A DNA stretch of 62,481 bases, filler included, from Catajapyx aquilonaris (Eukaryota), in assembly GCA_000934665.2 (NCBI GenBank). It is 4 parts of 4 records of this genome, joined end to end, with 100 filler letters (N's around TTAATTAATTAA, not from the genome) between each part and the next. Parts side by side here need not be neighbours in the genome. Positions count along the whole stretch, not along the records: positions 15,687 to 31,220 come from JYFJ02007471.1; positions 31,321 to 46,846 come from JYFJ02007473.1; 2 more parts are not named here. One strand, given 5' to 3'. Shown here piece after piece: positions 27,931-38,852 of the stretch. Position numbers and translations under genes: made by a program. How positions within the stretch are numbered: the first letter of the stretch is position 1; the number at the start of each line of letters is the position of its first letter. The notes beneath the pieces are model-generated. The model was not told where the DNA came from. It saw only the letters and a list, made by a program, of their open reading frames with translations, and ran no database searches.

Positions 27931-28898
27931 GACCTTTGTTTTGATCCGAATGATTCCAGGAAGACGTAGCCCTAACTACTGTGTATTGAAGAGGTAAAGG
28001 CACGAACACGTCTTTAAAGCGAAATCGATTTTGGGATTTCTCAATCTTATGAAGAAAATAAAAAAGAGCACTCTGAGCTCACCATGGTTACTTCGATCCC
28101 CCTGCCTTTCTCAAAAATATTGATACAGTATTCTCATTCATTTAAAAGTTGCGTTACTCTTATCGTTACTATACACTGCAAACCGCAAAGCATCAGAATA
28201 TATACTGAGTCTCACATGATGGAGCATCACATATTTTAAATGCTTGCTTTACTGTTTACAGTGTATGCAACACTTTCCAAATACTGATTAGAATACACTA
28301 ATTGTCTATACCGTATCAATGTGGATATCAATGGATGATATTATTACGTGCTTTTTATTTTAGCGTTTTACCTGATCTGATCTTGACAATGCAATGGGGG
28401 CCCTTGTTAGCATGTTATTGTGTGCGCGCGTGTTCCGGTCTGTCATAAGTTCAGAGGGCGAAAACTCAGCCGGGTATTTACTATATAACTGTGCGGACAT
28501 ATACCTAATCGTGGGGTCATTTTCAGGTCCCCACAGCTAAAATCACCGGTTAGGTACTCCTTTAGTGGGACATGTCGGGACCTGTGGGGACATGGTCCCC
28601 CCACAATTGGGTTCACGAAAAATCCATTTTTCTTAGCCACGGTTATAGGTAGGTTAGGTTAGGCTAGGCTAGCTTAGAAAAGTTGTGTGAACAATGTCCC
28701 CTGAGCTTATAGGCAACACCAGTCTGTGTGGGTGTGTGGTGTGAGAGAAAGAGGGGGGGGGGGGGCACATATAAAATAGGCTACCCTTTTACACAGTACA
28801 CTTCTATACCCAACGACTTGGACACCATTATATGCAATAATGTTCAACAGCTGAGCTCGCAATGATTATTGTGTCATGCAGGCTCGGGCCGTCTTATA

Positions 28899-29322
28899 CA
28901 GGGTGTATCTGAACTCAGTGCCCCGACGTATATGACTGCCTTCCTAGCCACCAGAGGATCGATTTAAGTATAGGAGTCATATGTCTGGGCAGCCTCATTA
29001 CTGAGATACACTCTTTAGCAATTTTTGCCTAATCGCTCCTTCTGACTTTTAAATAGAATTTTCTGGTGTAACTCGCCAAAGAGGCCTTACCACCTGTGGG
29101 CAACAAACCAACAAAGTCCGGCCCCCAGACCTTCCAGAGCCTTCTGACTGGGGGTGGGTTCGATGGGTGGCCTAACCGACAGGATATTTTGTACTACATG
29201 TTTGCGGCCAATTATCTCCGTAATGCGGCGGCCAAACATAATGACTCCTATACTTAAATCGATCCTCTGGTGGCTAGGAAGGCAGTCATATACGTCGGGG
29301 CACTGAGTTCAGATACACCCTG
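28899..29322. mobile_element. Tc1/mariner-type MITE (424 bp)
   Basis: TA-flanked, with ~80-bp perfect TIRs starting CAGGGTGTATCTGAACTCAGTGCCCCG; near-identical inverted copy at 44742-45165. Confidence 0.92.
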
Positions 29323-29691
29323 TATAGGGCGATGGTGCTGTGGGGTCACGATCGCCTTTTGTTTCCCTGTCCCCCTTGTAATATGCGCGATGTTTATATA
29401 CCAGATCAAATTGTAATCGCCGAACCTTAAAAGTTTAGCAAAGATCATCTCTGTATGTGTTACCGTTTTTTAATTTTAAAAAAATACGCGCCATGACTTT
29501 TGACTCAGCCCATTTGTGCCCTCATAATTATCTGGAATACTGGAAATATATCAGTAGAATGTCGGAGAGGAAAGCGGAGAATGGCATGCAGTATGTTTTG
29601 CATTGATATCTGAAATAATACTTTGAAACTCCTAATAAGCAGAAGATTTTGGATTTTTGGGTCAATTTTTCGTCTCAAACGATGTACTGTA

Positions 29692-30442
29692 CAGGGTTGG
29701 GCAAAATGATTAACAGTATTTGAATCACATGGTACGGTGGTACTAATTGCGCATGCGCTGGTTATTGGCATGTGCTGGAGTGGGGAAGGTATGCCATTTG
29801 CAAAAATTGGGTCGTGGTCAGCAGAACACCATGTATGCATCGTGGAGGATTATTTTTTAAATAATGAGTCCCCCGTAGCTGTACAAAGGATATTTCTTCG
29901 CCTTTTTGGGCAGAGACGTCAGGACAATGTCCCCGACCACCGGACATTCATAAGGTGAGTGAAGCAGTTCTGGGACACAGCTTCCAGCAGGAACCAGAAA
30001 GCACTGGCCGTCAAAGAACACAGAGGACCCTTCAAGAGGTATAGGCAATGCGCTACTCCGAAGTCCTCAACGATCGGCCATTTGAAGCTCCGTTGAGGGG
30101 TCCTCTGTGTCCTTTTACATCCAGTGCTGTCTGATCCCGGCTTGAAGCTGTGTCCCAGAACTGCTTCACCCGCTTTATGAACGTCCGGTGGTTGGGGACT
30201 TTGTCCTGAGGTTCCAGCCCAAAAAGGCAAAGAAATATCTATTTTGTATACAGGTATACGGGGGACTCATTATTTTTAAAATAATACTCCACAATGAATG
30301 CTTGGTGTTCTGCTGACCACGACGCAATTTTTGCAAATGGCATACCGTCCCCACTCCAGCACATGCCAATCTCCCGCTCATGTGCAAATAGCACCACCGT
30401 ACCACACGATTCAAATACTGTTATTCATTTTGCCCAACCCTG
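29692..30442. mobile_element. Palindromic element built from two inverted 5' halves of a DD41D-type transposon
   Basis: TA|CAGGGTTGGGCAAAATGA ... TCATTTTGCCCAACCCTG|TA. The ~345-bp arms carry the transposase N-terminus (left arm SWSAEHHVCIVEDYFLNNESPVAVQRIFLRLFG), and the left arm continues to LLRSPQRSA. Confidence 0.85.
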
Positions 30443-30499
30443 TATTATCAGTTTATCACCCTATAATTATATTGGTGAACAGTTTTACCAGACAATATA

Positions 30500-31167
30500 C
30501 AGGGTGATCCAACTTTATCGCCCCAACAGTTATTGGAAAAATCGCGTAAGCTGCTACTTGCTAAGAGTTACTTTCTCGAGTATCTGGAATAGCACCTGAT
30601 GATATTAGATCCAATGCCCATGTACCAATTAATGACCTATTTATTGACACAACCGGGTCTGTCTTGGTTCGACGGATTAGCCCTCTGATTGGCAGCTAGT
30701 GACCTCATCTGAATCCCTCCAGCGAACACCAAAATGGGCCATTTTGAAGGCCAACACATTAATCAGTTTGTAGATGAGGAAATAAAAGAGATGATGACAC
30801 CTTTCCATTTCAGGGTCGCAACAGTTTGCATCAGACCCCTCGCAATCAGGGATGGAAAAAGAACCGCTTCCTTCCAAGAAGCGCTTCTTTTTTCCATGTG
30901 CAGGGATGGAAAAAGAACCGCTTCCTCCCAAAGAAGCGGTTCTTTTTCCATCCCTGCTCGCAATTGACCCATTTGGCCAGTCACAACCCGGCAGATGACC
31001 TGTTTCCCACGGGTGATCCTTTTATCCCTGCTCATTAATTGGTACATTATGGGCATTGGACCTAATATCAGGTGCTATTCCAAATACTCGAGAAAGTAAC
31101 TCTTAGCAAGTAGCAGCTTACGCGATTTTTCCAATAACTGTTGGGGCGATAAAGTTGGATCACCCTG
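30500..31167. mobile_element. Tc1/mariner-type MITE with ~135-bp TIRs and internal hairpin repeats
   Basis: CAGGGTGATCCAACTTTATCGCCCCAACAG and its reverse complement at the right end; internal CAGGGATGGAAAAAGAACCGCTTC occurs twice direct and once inverted (hairpin ~30900-30957). Confidence 0.88.
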
Positions 31168-31220
31168 TTGTCCCTGTACAGAGCATAATTATATAGGGTG
31201 AAGTGGGGGAAGTGCACACC

Positions 31221-31320
31221 NNNNNNNNNNNNNNNNNNNNNNNNNNNNNNNNNNNNNNNNNNNNTTAATTAATTAANNNNNNNNNNNNNNNNNNNNNNNN
31301 NNNNNNNNNNNNNNNNNNNN
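31221..31320. other. Artificial contig-joining spacer
   Basis: 44 N + TTAATTAATTAA + 44 N. Confidence 0.97.
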
Positions 31321-31659
31321 TCCTCCCCCTCTCCACCCTTCCCCCCCCCTCTTCGCTGCTCCTCTGACACCCCTGAAGAAGTGTTGGGGAAACTGCGAAG
31401 GAACAGTCGCCATCTTGGCCAGAGATGTCGGCTGCAAATTTTTTTTATTCTCAGACCACAATCGAAGGAGCACCGGGATTAGATCCCAGAACCCTTCGAT
31501 CGAGAGTCCGATGCGTTACCACAAAGCCACGCTCTGGTGCAACGAAACTGTGCGTGTTGGAAGGGCCTATTTACCAGATGCACTTCAAAGAGAAATAAAT
31601 GTGAAATGAGAGATAAAGTAACAGCGGGAAAGGTCCATAGCGATAAAAAGAATCGACGT

Positions 31660-31732
31660 CTTCCTTTCAGGATTCGATCCTTCAACCTTCAGGTTACGAA
31701 GAGAGAGAATTAACCACTAGACCACTGCGCTA
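31660..31732 (-). mobile_element. Degenerate tRNA-derived SINE head (third type)
   Basis: Minus strand has A-box TGGTCTAGTGG, an anticodon-like TTCGTAA loop and B-box-like GGATCGAATCC; no intact acceptor stem. Confidence 0.45.
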
Positions 31733-32148
31733 CTTCGATACTGACACTCTCTCCAGCATGTACTTATTGTAAAGAAAGGGCGCCACAAAATTCAACAATC
31801 ACCATAAAATATTTGATTTAGGTTACATTTTTTAGCCTTATTAGTGTGTTAAGTAAAAGAATGTGATAATTTGTGTTTCAGTTATATTAAGTAAAAAAGG
31901 CATATTCATTATACAGTATGTTATCTGAAACCATTATTTTCGCGGCTTTTACAGTTTTCCCCGCCACTTCTTCTACCCTTTTCTCACAGTCTGACATCTT
32001 TTCTCCAACTGAACCTGCGTTATTGAGCTAGTCAGGGTGTGACCCGAGGTCAGGGGTCACACAATGTATTGTACTGTATAAAGCATATACGATATACCTA
32101 CCAGCTCTTTCTGAAGATTTGGAAATGGCCACCCTACCTGCTACAGAA

Positions 32149-32262
32149 GGTACTCTTTGGTACTCTTCAGTACTCCCAGGTACTCCTTGGTACTCTTCAG
32201 TACTCCCAGGTACTCCTTGGTACTCCCAGGTACTCTTTGGTACTCCTTGAATTTGGTACTCC
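32149..32262. repeat. Minisatellite of ~10-bp GGTACTCYYN units
   Basis: GGTACTCTTT GGTACTCTTC AGTACTCCCA GGTACTCCTT ... about 10 units with 30-bp higher-order periodicity. Confidence 0.9.
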
Positions 32263-32536
32263 GGTGTATACTTTACTGTCGAGTGAGTACCCCTTCGGAA
32301 ATTTCCTTTATATTCAAGTTCAGTGTAATTATCCTGGGAGCGAGGATTTAATTATCCTAGCTCGTCATAATTTAAAATGAATTATTTAATAAAATAATGC
32401 ATGGGTTACAAACGAGTCAATATTCTACAGACCTGCAAGGGGCGGTTATAGGATTCAGTGATTGCATTAACACGTCATAACAATATTATAAAATACAGGT
32501 ACACTAAACACAGGCAAAGCTGGAAGTTTAGTGCTC

Positions 32537-32542
32537 TTTATT
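32537..32542 (-). terminator. Polyadenylation signal downstream of the 283-aa tetraspan ORF
   Basis: AATAAA on the minus strand ~235 nt after the stop codon at 32777. Confidence 0.55.
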
Positions 32543-32776
32543 CACGTTCAGATACGTACTACAGCAGACTCCTGTAGCAGACATATGAGTGGTAAATGGG
32601 GTCATTAAAAGCAGTGGCGTATTTAGGGGAAAATAACAAGCTTAAAGAGCTTCTTGGTTCAGGAAAATAAACATACCTACCAGGAATGAAACCTGGCTCA
32701 TGTCTGAAAATTCATTGCACTGATCTACAGGAATGCCACTCAATTAGAATAGATGCAGCATGAAAATTGTATAAGG

Positions 32777-33628
32777 TTAGGTCTTGGTTACGTCTGCTTC
32801 AGCAATTACCGCTTGTTCCTCTTCTTGGTCGCCGTTTCCGACTCCTTTGGTAGGCGAAGATGACACTTCACTAACATTATCTACAGTAGCCTGTTTGAGG
32901 AACTCTTGCACTCTTTCTTCACACCCCATGGTGCTGAGAGAGGGCAAATCTCCAGCTGTGTGCTGCAGCCATGGGGGGCTCACACACAGAACTGCAGGAT
33001 AAGGATGCCTGCAATAGTGCCTGTTTCCAGCATGGTAAAGAATATCTGGCACCATAGTATGGCGCATTGGATGAGGCTTGACCACCGTCAGAGGTGGTTT
33101 TGATGGCGCCCCATCCTCAGGTGCCCTGAGGCCTTTCCACGAGAAAATGACAGAGCAGACGCAGCACGCAAGTTCCACCAACCCGACTAGTACAAGGTTA
33201 GCCGTAAGTGCATAACCCACCTTGGCCTCTGTAGCCTCACTGTTCCCCTCCCACTGTTGCCATTGATGCATCTGGACGAGCCCAACTATGGGCAAAGCCA
33301 CGCACAACACTGCTGCGAAGACCGATGTGATGGAAGCTGCCAGGAAGATCCCGATTGGATTGTTGAGGTACCACTTTTTCCATGCTACTAGTCCTGATAT
33401 CCCGGTGCCTACAAAGATGAGCCCCAACCACAATCCGGGAGCCCATCGGTTGGCCGCCGGTTCCTGAAACACTGCCAGAAGACCAAACAGGACAGCCAGA
33501 CCACCAAGTAGAAGATGAAGGAGGCCTAGGCCAAGAGCTGTCCTGGCTGAGTAGCGACGTTCGCTGGGTAGTGTCCGCCCCGGTGGTCCACAGTGACGAC
33601 GAAACTGCACTACAAAAATCTCCATCAT
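32777..33628 (-). CDS. Intronless 283-aa four-transmembrane CD20/MS4A-clan-like protein (tetraspan B)
   Basis: Four hydrophobic helices (ALGLGLLHLLLGGLAVLFGLLAVF; GLWLGLIFVGTGISGLVAW; IFLAASITSVFAAVLCVALPIVGL; ANLVLVGLVELACCVCSVIFSW). The W-x-G...F-x-x-x-G-x-x-G TM2 and E-containing TM4 are typical of the CD20 clan; long polar C-tail; in-frame stop upstream of the ATG. Confidence 0.8.
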   Translation of the reverse strand: MMEIFVVQFRRHCGPPGRTLPSERRYSARTALGLGLLHLLLGGLAVLFGLLAVFQEPAANRWAPGLWLGLIFVGTGISGLVAWKKWYLNNPIGIFLAASITSVFAAVLCVALPIVGLVQMHQWQQWEGNSEATEAKVGYALTANLVLVGLVELACCVCSVIFSWKGLRAPEDGAPSKPPLTVVKPHPMRHTMVPDILYHAGNRHYCRHPYPAVLCVSPPWLQHTAGDLPSLSTMGCEERVQEFLKQATVDNVSEVSSSPTKGVGNGDQEEEQAVIAEADVTKT

Positions 33629-33821
33629 GGGCTTTGGTCATCCTCCACTATTTTAAAAAGGGACACTCATTGTTCGATGTTGCAACCGAGTACTTCCGCT
33701 TTCCAGTGGCGGCAGGTGTATGGAAAAGTAAAAGCTTCTTCCGTTTCCGTTGCCCTACAGTGCAGCTTCTGAAAAGAATGGAGGTCAAATGGGAACGCTG
33801 CCCTTTTGGTGACAACTCACC

Positions 33822-34045
33822 TTAGACAGTCTCGTCATCGTAATGCCACACGCGGTTGTCTGTCGGATGTCGACGGCAACCAGACGACGCGACTGCACCA
33901 GTGGCCAACATGAGGAGTGTCAGTAGTGCCAATGCCGCTTCTGCACCACCAACCAAGTCACGGAGTTGTTGGTGGTCCTCGGAAGAGATGAGTAGCACCT
34001 CCCCTCCACAGGCCAACACGCTAAATACAGCAAGAACGATGTATC
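33822..34045 (-). CDS. Tetraspan A, coding exon 3 (TM3-TM4 and stop)
   Basis: Acceptor TTCCTATCTCTGCAG|GA, phase 1; (G)YIVLAVFSVLACGGEVLLISSEDHQQLRDLVGGAEAALALLTLLMLATGAVASSGCRRHPTDNRVWHYDDETV*. Confidence 0.75.
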
Positions 34046-35218
34046 CTGCAGAGATAGGAAGAGTTTCTTTGTTTGAAGCAAGCCAAAGGGTGGTGTCCAA
34101 TAGTGTTCCTGTTTGTGGCGCATAATGTAGTGGTGCCGCCCCTGCCCCGGGCGGGGTCACGACCTCTTTTATATTCCCAAGGGGAAAGGCACGGCCAGTT
34201 GCCTTTTCTAAGCCTTCAAGTCGAAGGTCTGAGTGATTGGGCATTGCGGAAACACATAATCTGCATTCCAGCTACTTGAACCAGTCCTCCAGCGGTAGTC
34301 GGAATTGTTCAGGGGACAAGGTCGTGATCTCGCAATGAATGCCCGCTTCCGTTTCCATCCATTATACGGCTAACCATACTCTGATGCATTTGTACAATCA
34401 CGTCACAATATTCGACTCTAACTGTGTGCGGGTTAATTGAGCAACTTTGACCTTTTCAAGTTCACTTCTTTGTAGTTGCATCCTGATAGAGTAAAATTGT
34501 AGATAAACATGCTGCATTAAAGTTTACTAAAATCATTATAGTTGCTCTGCAAAAAAAATACAGAACGTCTGCTATGTAAGCGCCTTAGTGAAGTAAGTGA
34601 CATTACAGTATTTTCTGGTTCATGGAAGTTGAACATGATGTAGTTGCGCTGCAGTAATAACTTCAAATATTCGCCTGATTATGCACCTGAGATAAAGCGG
34701 CTAGGTATTGTCTTATCCGCTACACAGTAATCCCACCGTATCAGCGGTTCATCAGCATCGATTTGAAAATAATATTAAATTAATATCACATGAAATATTA
34801 AATTTAAACACCCAATCCTGATTTTACTGTAGAGTACTGTATTGTTAAAACTGTTATATTTTATTATTAATAGTTTTTGTTGTTTAATGCGTATATTTTA
34901 AATTAAACTGTATCGTATGTCTATTTAAAAACGTATATTATATAGAGTTTGGTATTATCCGCTGGTGGGCTTGTATCCTATCCACCACGAATATTGCCCA
35001 TAATGGGGAATACCGTACTTACATCTGTCATAAGGGCAAGAGCCGCCTTAAGTCAATGCTTTTATTCGAACGGACCCTCTAGCTTCCACGTCAAGTCAAA
35101 GTTAAATCATCAAGAAGTATATTGAAACCGAAAAATGCATCCACCATTATATTGTTTACAAAAATCTCATATGTGTCATAAATGCTCAAATGACATGCAA
35201 CCAGTCAATGTAACTGAC

Positions 35219-35336
35219 CTGAAACGTAATTTCTGTTGTAGAAGAGATGAGCACTGCGCAGCCCAGAAAGTCCCGCTGCCAAAAACGCGAACGAAGCCAA
35301 GAGTCCGAAGGCCTGGTATGCTCTGGAGCCACTCTG
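35219..35336 (-). CDS. Tetraspan A, coding exon 2 (TM2)
   Basis: Pyrimidine tract plus tandem CAG|CAG acceptor, donor TCAG|GTCAGT; phase 0 to 1; QSGSRAYQAFGLLASFAFLAAGLSGLRSAHLFYNRNYVS(G). This frame is not shown in the ORF track; it aligns by eye with TM2 of tetraspan B (FVGTGISGL...WY). Confidence 0.75.
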
Positions 35337-35563
35337 CTGCAAGTCAAAGAGGAATAATAAGCAAGTTCCCTTTCACTCGTGAGGAAGCCAAGAGAAAGGG
35401 CGGCCAAACACTGGGATCGAGGCCAGCCGATCTTGGGGGATGGAGTAGGAGGAGGGTGCGGGTAGATGGCAAGAAGAAGGAGAGGCGGGGAAAAAAAGGA
35501 ATGGAGCAGAACAAGAAGGGTCGTTAAGGTCGCGTGCTGGATGGATGTCTTTTGTAAATCAAC

Positions 35564-35728
35564 CTGTGCCGTAGCCAGCCCGTAAGTGGTGAGGAGGGCG
35601 GTGAGGGTGGCGCAGACCAACAGGGTGAGGGCGGCTCCTCGGATTGTTCCTTGCCACGAAGGAGGCTCTGGAATGGCCCACTGCACCTCACTCGGCTCTG
35701 ATGGTGCAGGCTTCACCTTTTGTTTCAT
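35564..35728 (-). CDS. Tetraspan A, coding exon 1 (start and TM1); spliced product 168 aa, CD20/MS4A-clan-like
   Basis: GCCATG start; MKQKVKPAPSEPSEVQWAIPEPPSWQGTIRGAALTLLVCATLTALLTTYGLATAQ; donor CAG|GTTGAT, phase 0. The exon's own acceptor (TTTTCTCTTTCCGCCCTTACTGTCCAG|) opens at 35810. Phases match across the three exons. Confidence 0.72.
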
Positions 35729-38700
35729 GGCAACAGTGAAGATCTATCTTGGAGCATGACCACAACCAGGAAGATCAAAAGGGATGCCCCGCACGTCCTG
35801 TGGTAGTGACCTGGACAGTAAGGGCGGAAAGAGAAAACTAAAATTCGATTTTCACTAGTTAGCAGTCGGTTAGGTGGTCACTGCATGATTATATAGCGCA
35901 AAATGTGAGTCGGCGTGTCATCATTCTAGAGTAATGCAATGGTGTTGCGAGTGCATGGAAAATTGAATGGTGGAATGAGGCACGAAGAGCAGGGTGAAAG
36001 TTTAGTTCGATCATCACAATGCAAAGGTCAGGTCGCTAAAATTGCACGAGAGGGGGTGGATTATGCTACATTCATATATGATGGCGGCCAAGGGAATGTG
36101 AGAAAACACAAAAGACGGGTGAATTTGGGTATACTATAGGTATACTGTAATGCGGTATGTTTTTCAACGATCCAGCTGATGTTGACCAGAAAAGTTATTT
36201 TTAAGGTCAGTATGTTTGTGATAGGGTGAGGGAAAAGGGTCGGTCTGAGTTGTGACAAGCGCTGGCAGGAAACCGCAGGAGTTAGGGCAAGGTTCCCTGG
36301 ATTAGGAAGAATGTGACTGTATATACTTTGCTGCAAGTTTGCAAGTTTTGTTGCACGTAGGACTACTGTAGACTGGGATTTTAAAATTTACCTTTAAGCG
36401 GCGTTATATTTTTCACATGTTCTTAAGCCGACACTGTTAACCTATAATTATAATAATTTCTTTCGTCTCTAAGTAAAATTCAATACCGGAATTTTAAAGT
36501 TTAACCTGCTCTGCTCTAAGTCTATAAGTAATCAGGGGTCATAAAGAGAATATGTATTACTTTACCTATAACATATGCCTTACTAATGTTTAATAGGGCG
36601 CAAACACCAAAGATGCCTCATGTTTGTTGAAGAAAAAAAACATTTTCAGAGTACCGTTGTAATAAGGACTTAATTTTTGCATGTAGGCTATATTATGAAA
36701 TATATGGAATATACACTGGCTGAATAAGGGCTGCTTAGAACCGTAGTTATATTCTTATGCCTTTCTCACTGCTGGATATATGACCACATTTACCATTCAG
36801 ATCACTTTCAAGGAGGGACCTTTGTACGTACGTTGTAAATGCCAAAGCCATGGGTTTTTGACCTATAGTCATATACCTTTCTCCCTTTTCTTTCCACCTA
36901 GCTGCCAGTGGTAACTCAATTTATGGAAAGAAACGCAGAAGCTCTTCCCACTTTAATTTTTCAATGTTTTACTTCATGTTGTTTAATATGAAAATTTTTA
37001 AGTTACAAATAGGATCTATAAAGCATTGTTGAACGAGAATTTTAAGGAGTGTGCTTGGGAGTGTGCTGCGTACTACCGTATAGGCGTGTGCACTGTACTC
37101 TATAAAATCATAGATAACAACAAATGTGACAGGAAGTCATGCGATTCCTCTTCAGAGTGCGGTCAGAATAAATAAGGTGACATTTTATTCTTATCTAAAA
37201 ATCACAAGCTATTGTTGAAGGACAACTAACCGCGGCATTTCTGCACTTAGGGGCAGTTGTAACTGAAAAGTATAGAAAGTCACGCAGCAGAATAATCCCT
37301 TATTTCCTGTACTATATAGGCGTTGAGCATCAAAGTTAAAAATACTTCCAAATTGTTGGAAGAACCTTCTTCGAATGCGCATATGAGTGAAGCTTTTTGA
37401 AATACGCCCCATCATTATAACAGTGACACACTTATAATTTAACGCAATATTTTACAGCAGGGTGGTCTATACAATGTCATAATAATTTGTGCTACAAAGG
37501 TATTTACTGCTGTGTCTGCAAACTCTGCACTGAGTATAATATAGAATCACTGTTTTTCATCGTAAATTAGCTTTTCATCAAGAGCATGAATCAATATAGA
37601 TTAATGAACGAGATTTTAAACTCCTTGACAAGTCTTTTAGAAGCCTGTTGGTTTTTGAAGATCTATGGCTATTAGCGCGGAGTACTTTTACTCAGTGATT
37701 ACCTATTGTACAAAATAAGTAGGCAAATGGATCGCGAAACTGCCTATAAAAAGCAGTATTGTTGAGCCGAACTTGCAGGCCCTAATTATCTGCACACAAT
37801 TAATTCGGCGTGCAACAACATCTAGCTAGCCTCCGAAATATTGATATTACATTAGATTATACAAGTAGAACAATGTACAAGCTAACCCCTTTGGTTGTGT
37901 TGCGACAAAAATGTTGAAAGTGTGCCTTACCGGACGCTAGCTGCTAAAACAACCGTACCATTTTCAAAAAAAAAAAAAAAACTTTAATTATACGCGCAAA
38001 GACTCGTTTCTTTTCAATACCACGACAGTCATGACCGAAGATAAACGGTTCGCAGACTCAAGGTCAACTACATGTCGGTATATCAACCCCATTGTTTACT
38101 AGATGGTCAGCAATGATGAAAAATTGCATTCTTTCTAATAATTTGCCCGGCGCGGCGTGGGAAATATTTTACGTCACATTAAATAAACGTACATCAGATC
38201 GTGGAAAAATAGGGTGCAATATAAAAACCATTGATCCCAGTAAGGTAGTTTGAAAACTTTCCCTTGCATAACTCGTTTACTTATCAGTTTGGAATATTAA
38301 ACTTGCATAAGCGAAAAATAATAGAAAAAAAAATTTACTATTGATTCAACCAGAGAAGGGTACTGGCGTCACAATGGAAACGACTTTCAACAATAGTAAC
38401 GATAATACTAAAAATATCAGTACCTTTCTCTTGCTAGTTTGTGCAAATTCAAGTTTAAAATGTTTTAGGCGCAATGTTACTCGCTTTCAAATATGCAGCA
38501 TAACGTAAGTCATGAGGCATCGTTCTGTGTTATACTGACCTAACACTGCACAAAGGATGTGACTGTCATCACCCAATGTAATTAACATAGCCGTTACGAA
38601 CGAAACCAGTACATGTCAACCGCAACGACCATATAGCCCTAACCAGAAATTATGTCCGCAAAGTGAAAATACTGCCCCCAAAAATATCAAGCCCTCGGTG

Positions 38701-38737
38701 ACCACATGACGCAAAAAGAAAAAGGCGTATTCCTTAC

Positions 38738-38852
38738 CTGCACACACTTAGGAGCGGCCAATGTCCTCGCGCGAAGTGTTATGGGGGTCTCCACCCTCAC
38801 CTCGACCGGCCAAATACGGCGCCTCGATTGCACCCCTGTTAATGAGCCTGAC
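38738..38852 (-). other. Candidate 5' UTR exon of the tetraspan A transcript
   Basis: CTTCCTTGACCTCCCAG| acceptor and strong CAG|GTAAGG donor, upstream of the otherwise unpaired acceptor at 35810. Confidence 0.4.

Noticed and set aside
28646..28676. TTAGG-like units resembling the arthropod telomere repeat
   Set aside because: Only a few degenerate units, interstitial; more likely a TE-internal microsatellite.
32149..32262. CRISPR-like periodic repeats (also 60245-60300 and 61140-61210)
   Set aside because: Tandem units without unique spacers, no cas genes, eukaryotic context.
35135..35527. Plus-strand ORFs opposite the tetraspan genes (also 33856-34125, 32784-33103)
   Set aside because: Antisense shadows of GC-rich coding or intronic sequence; low-complexity products with no motifs.
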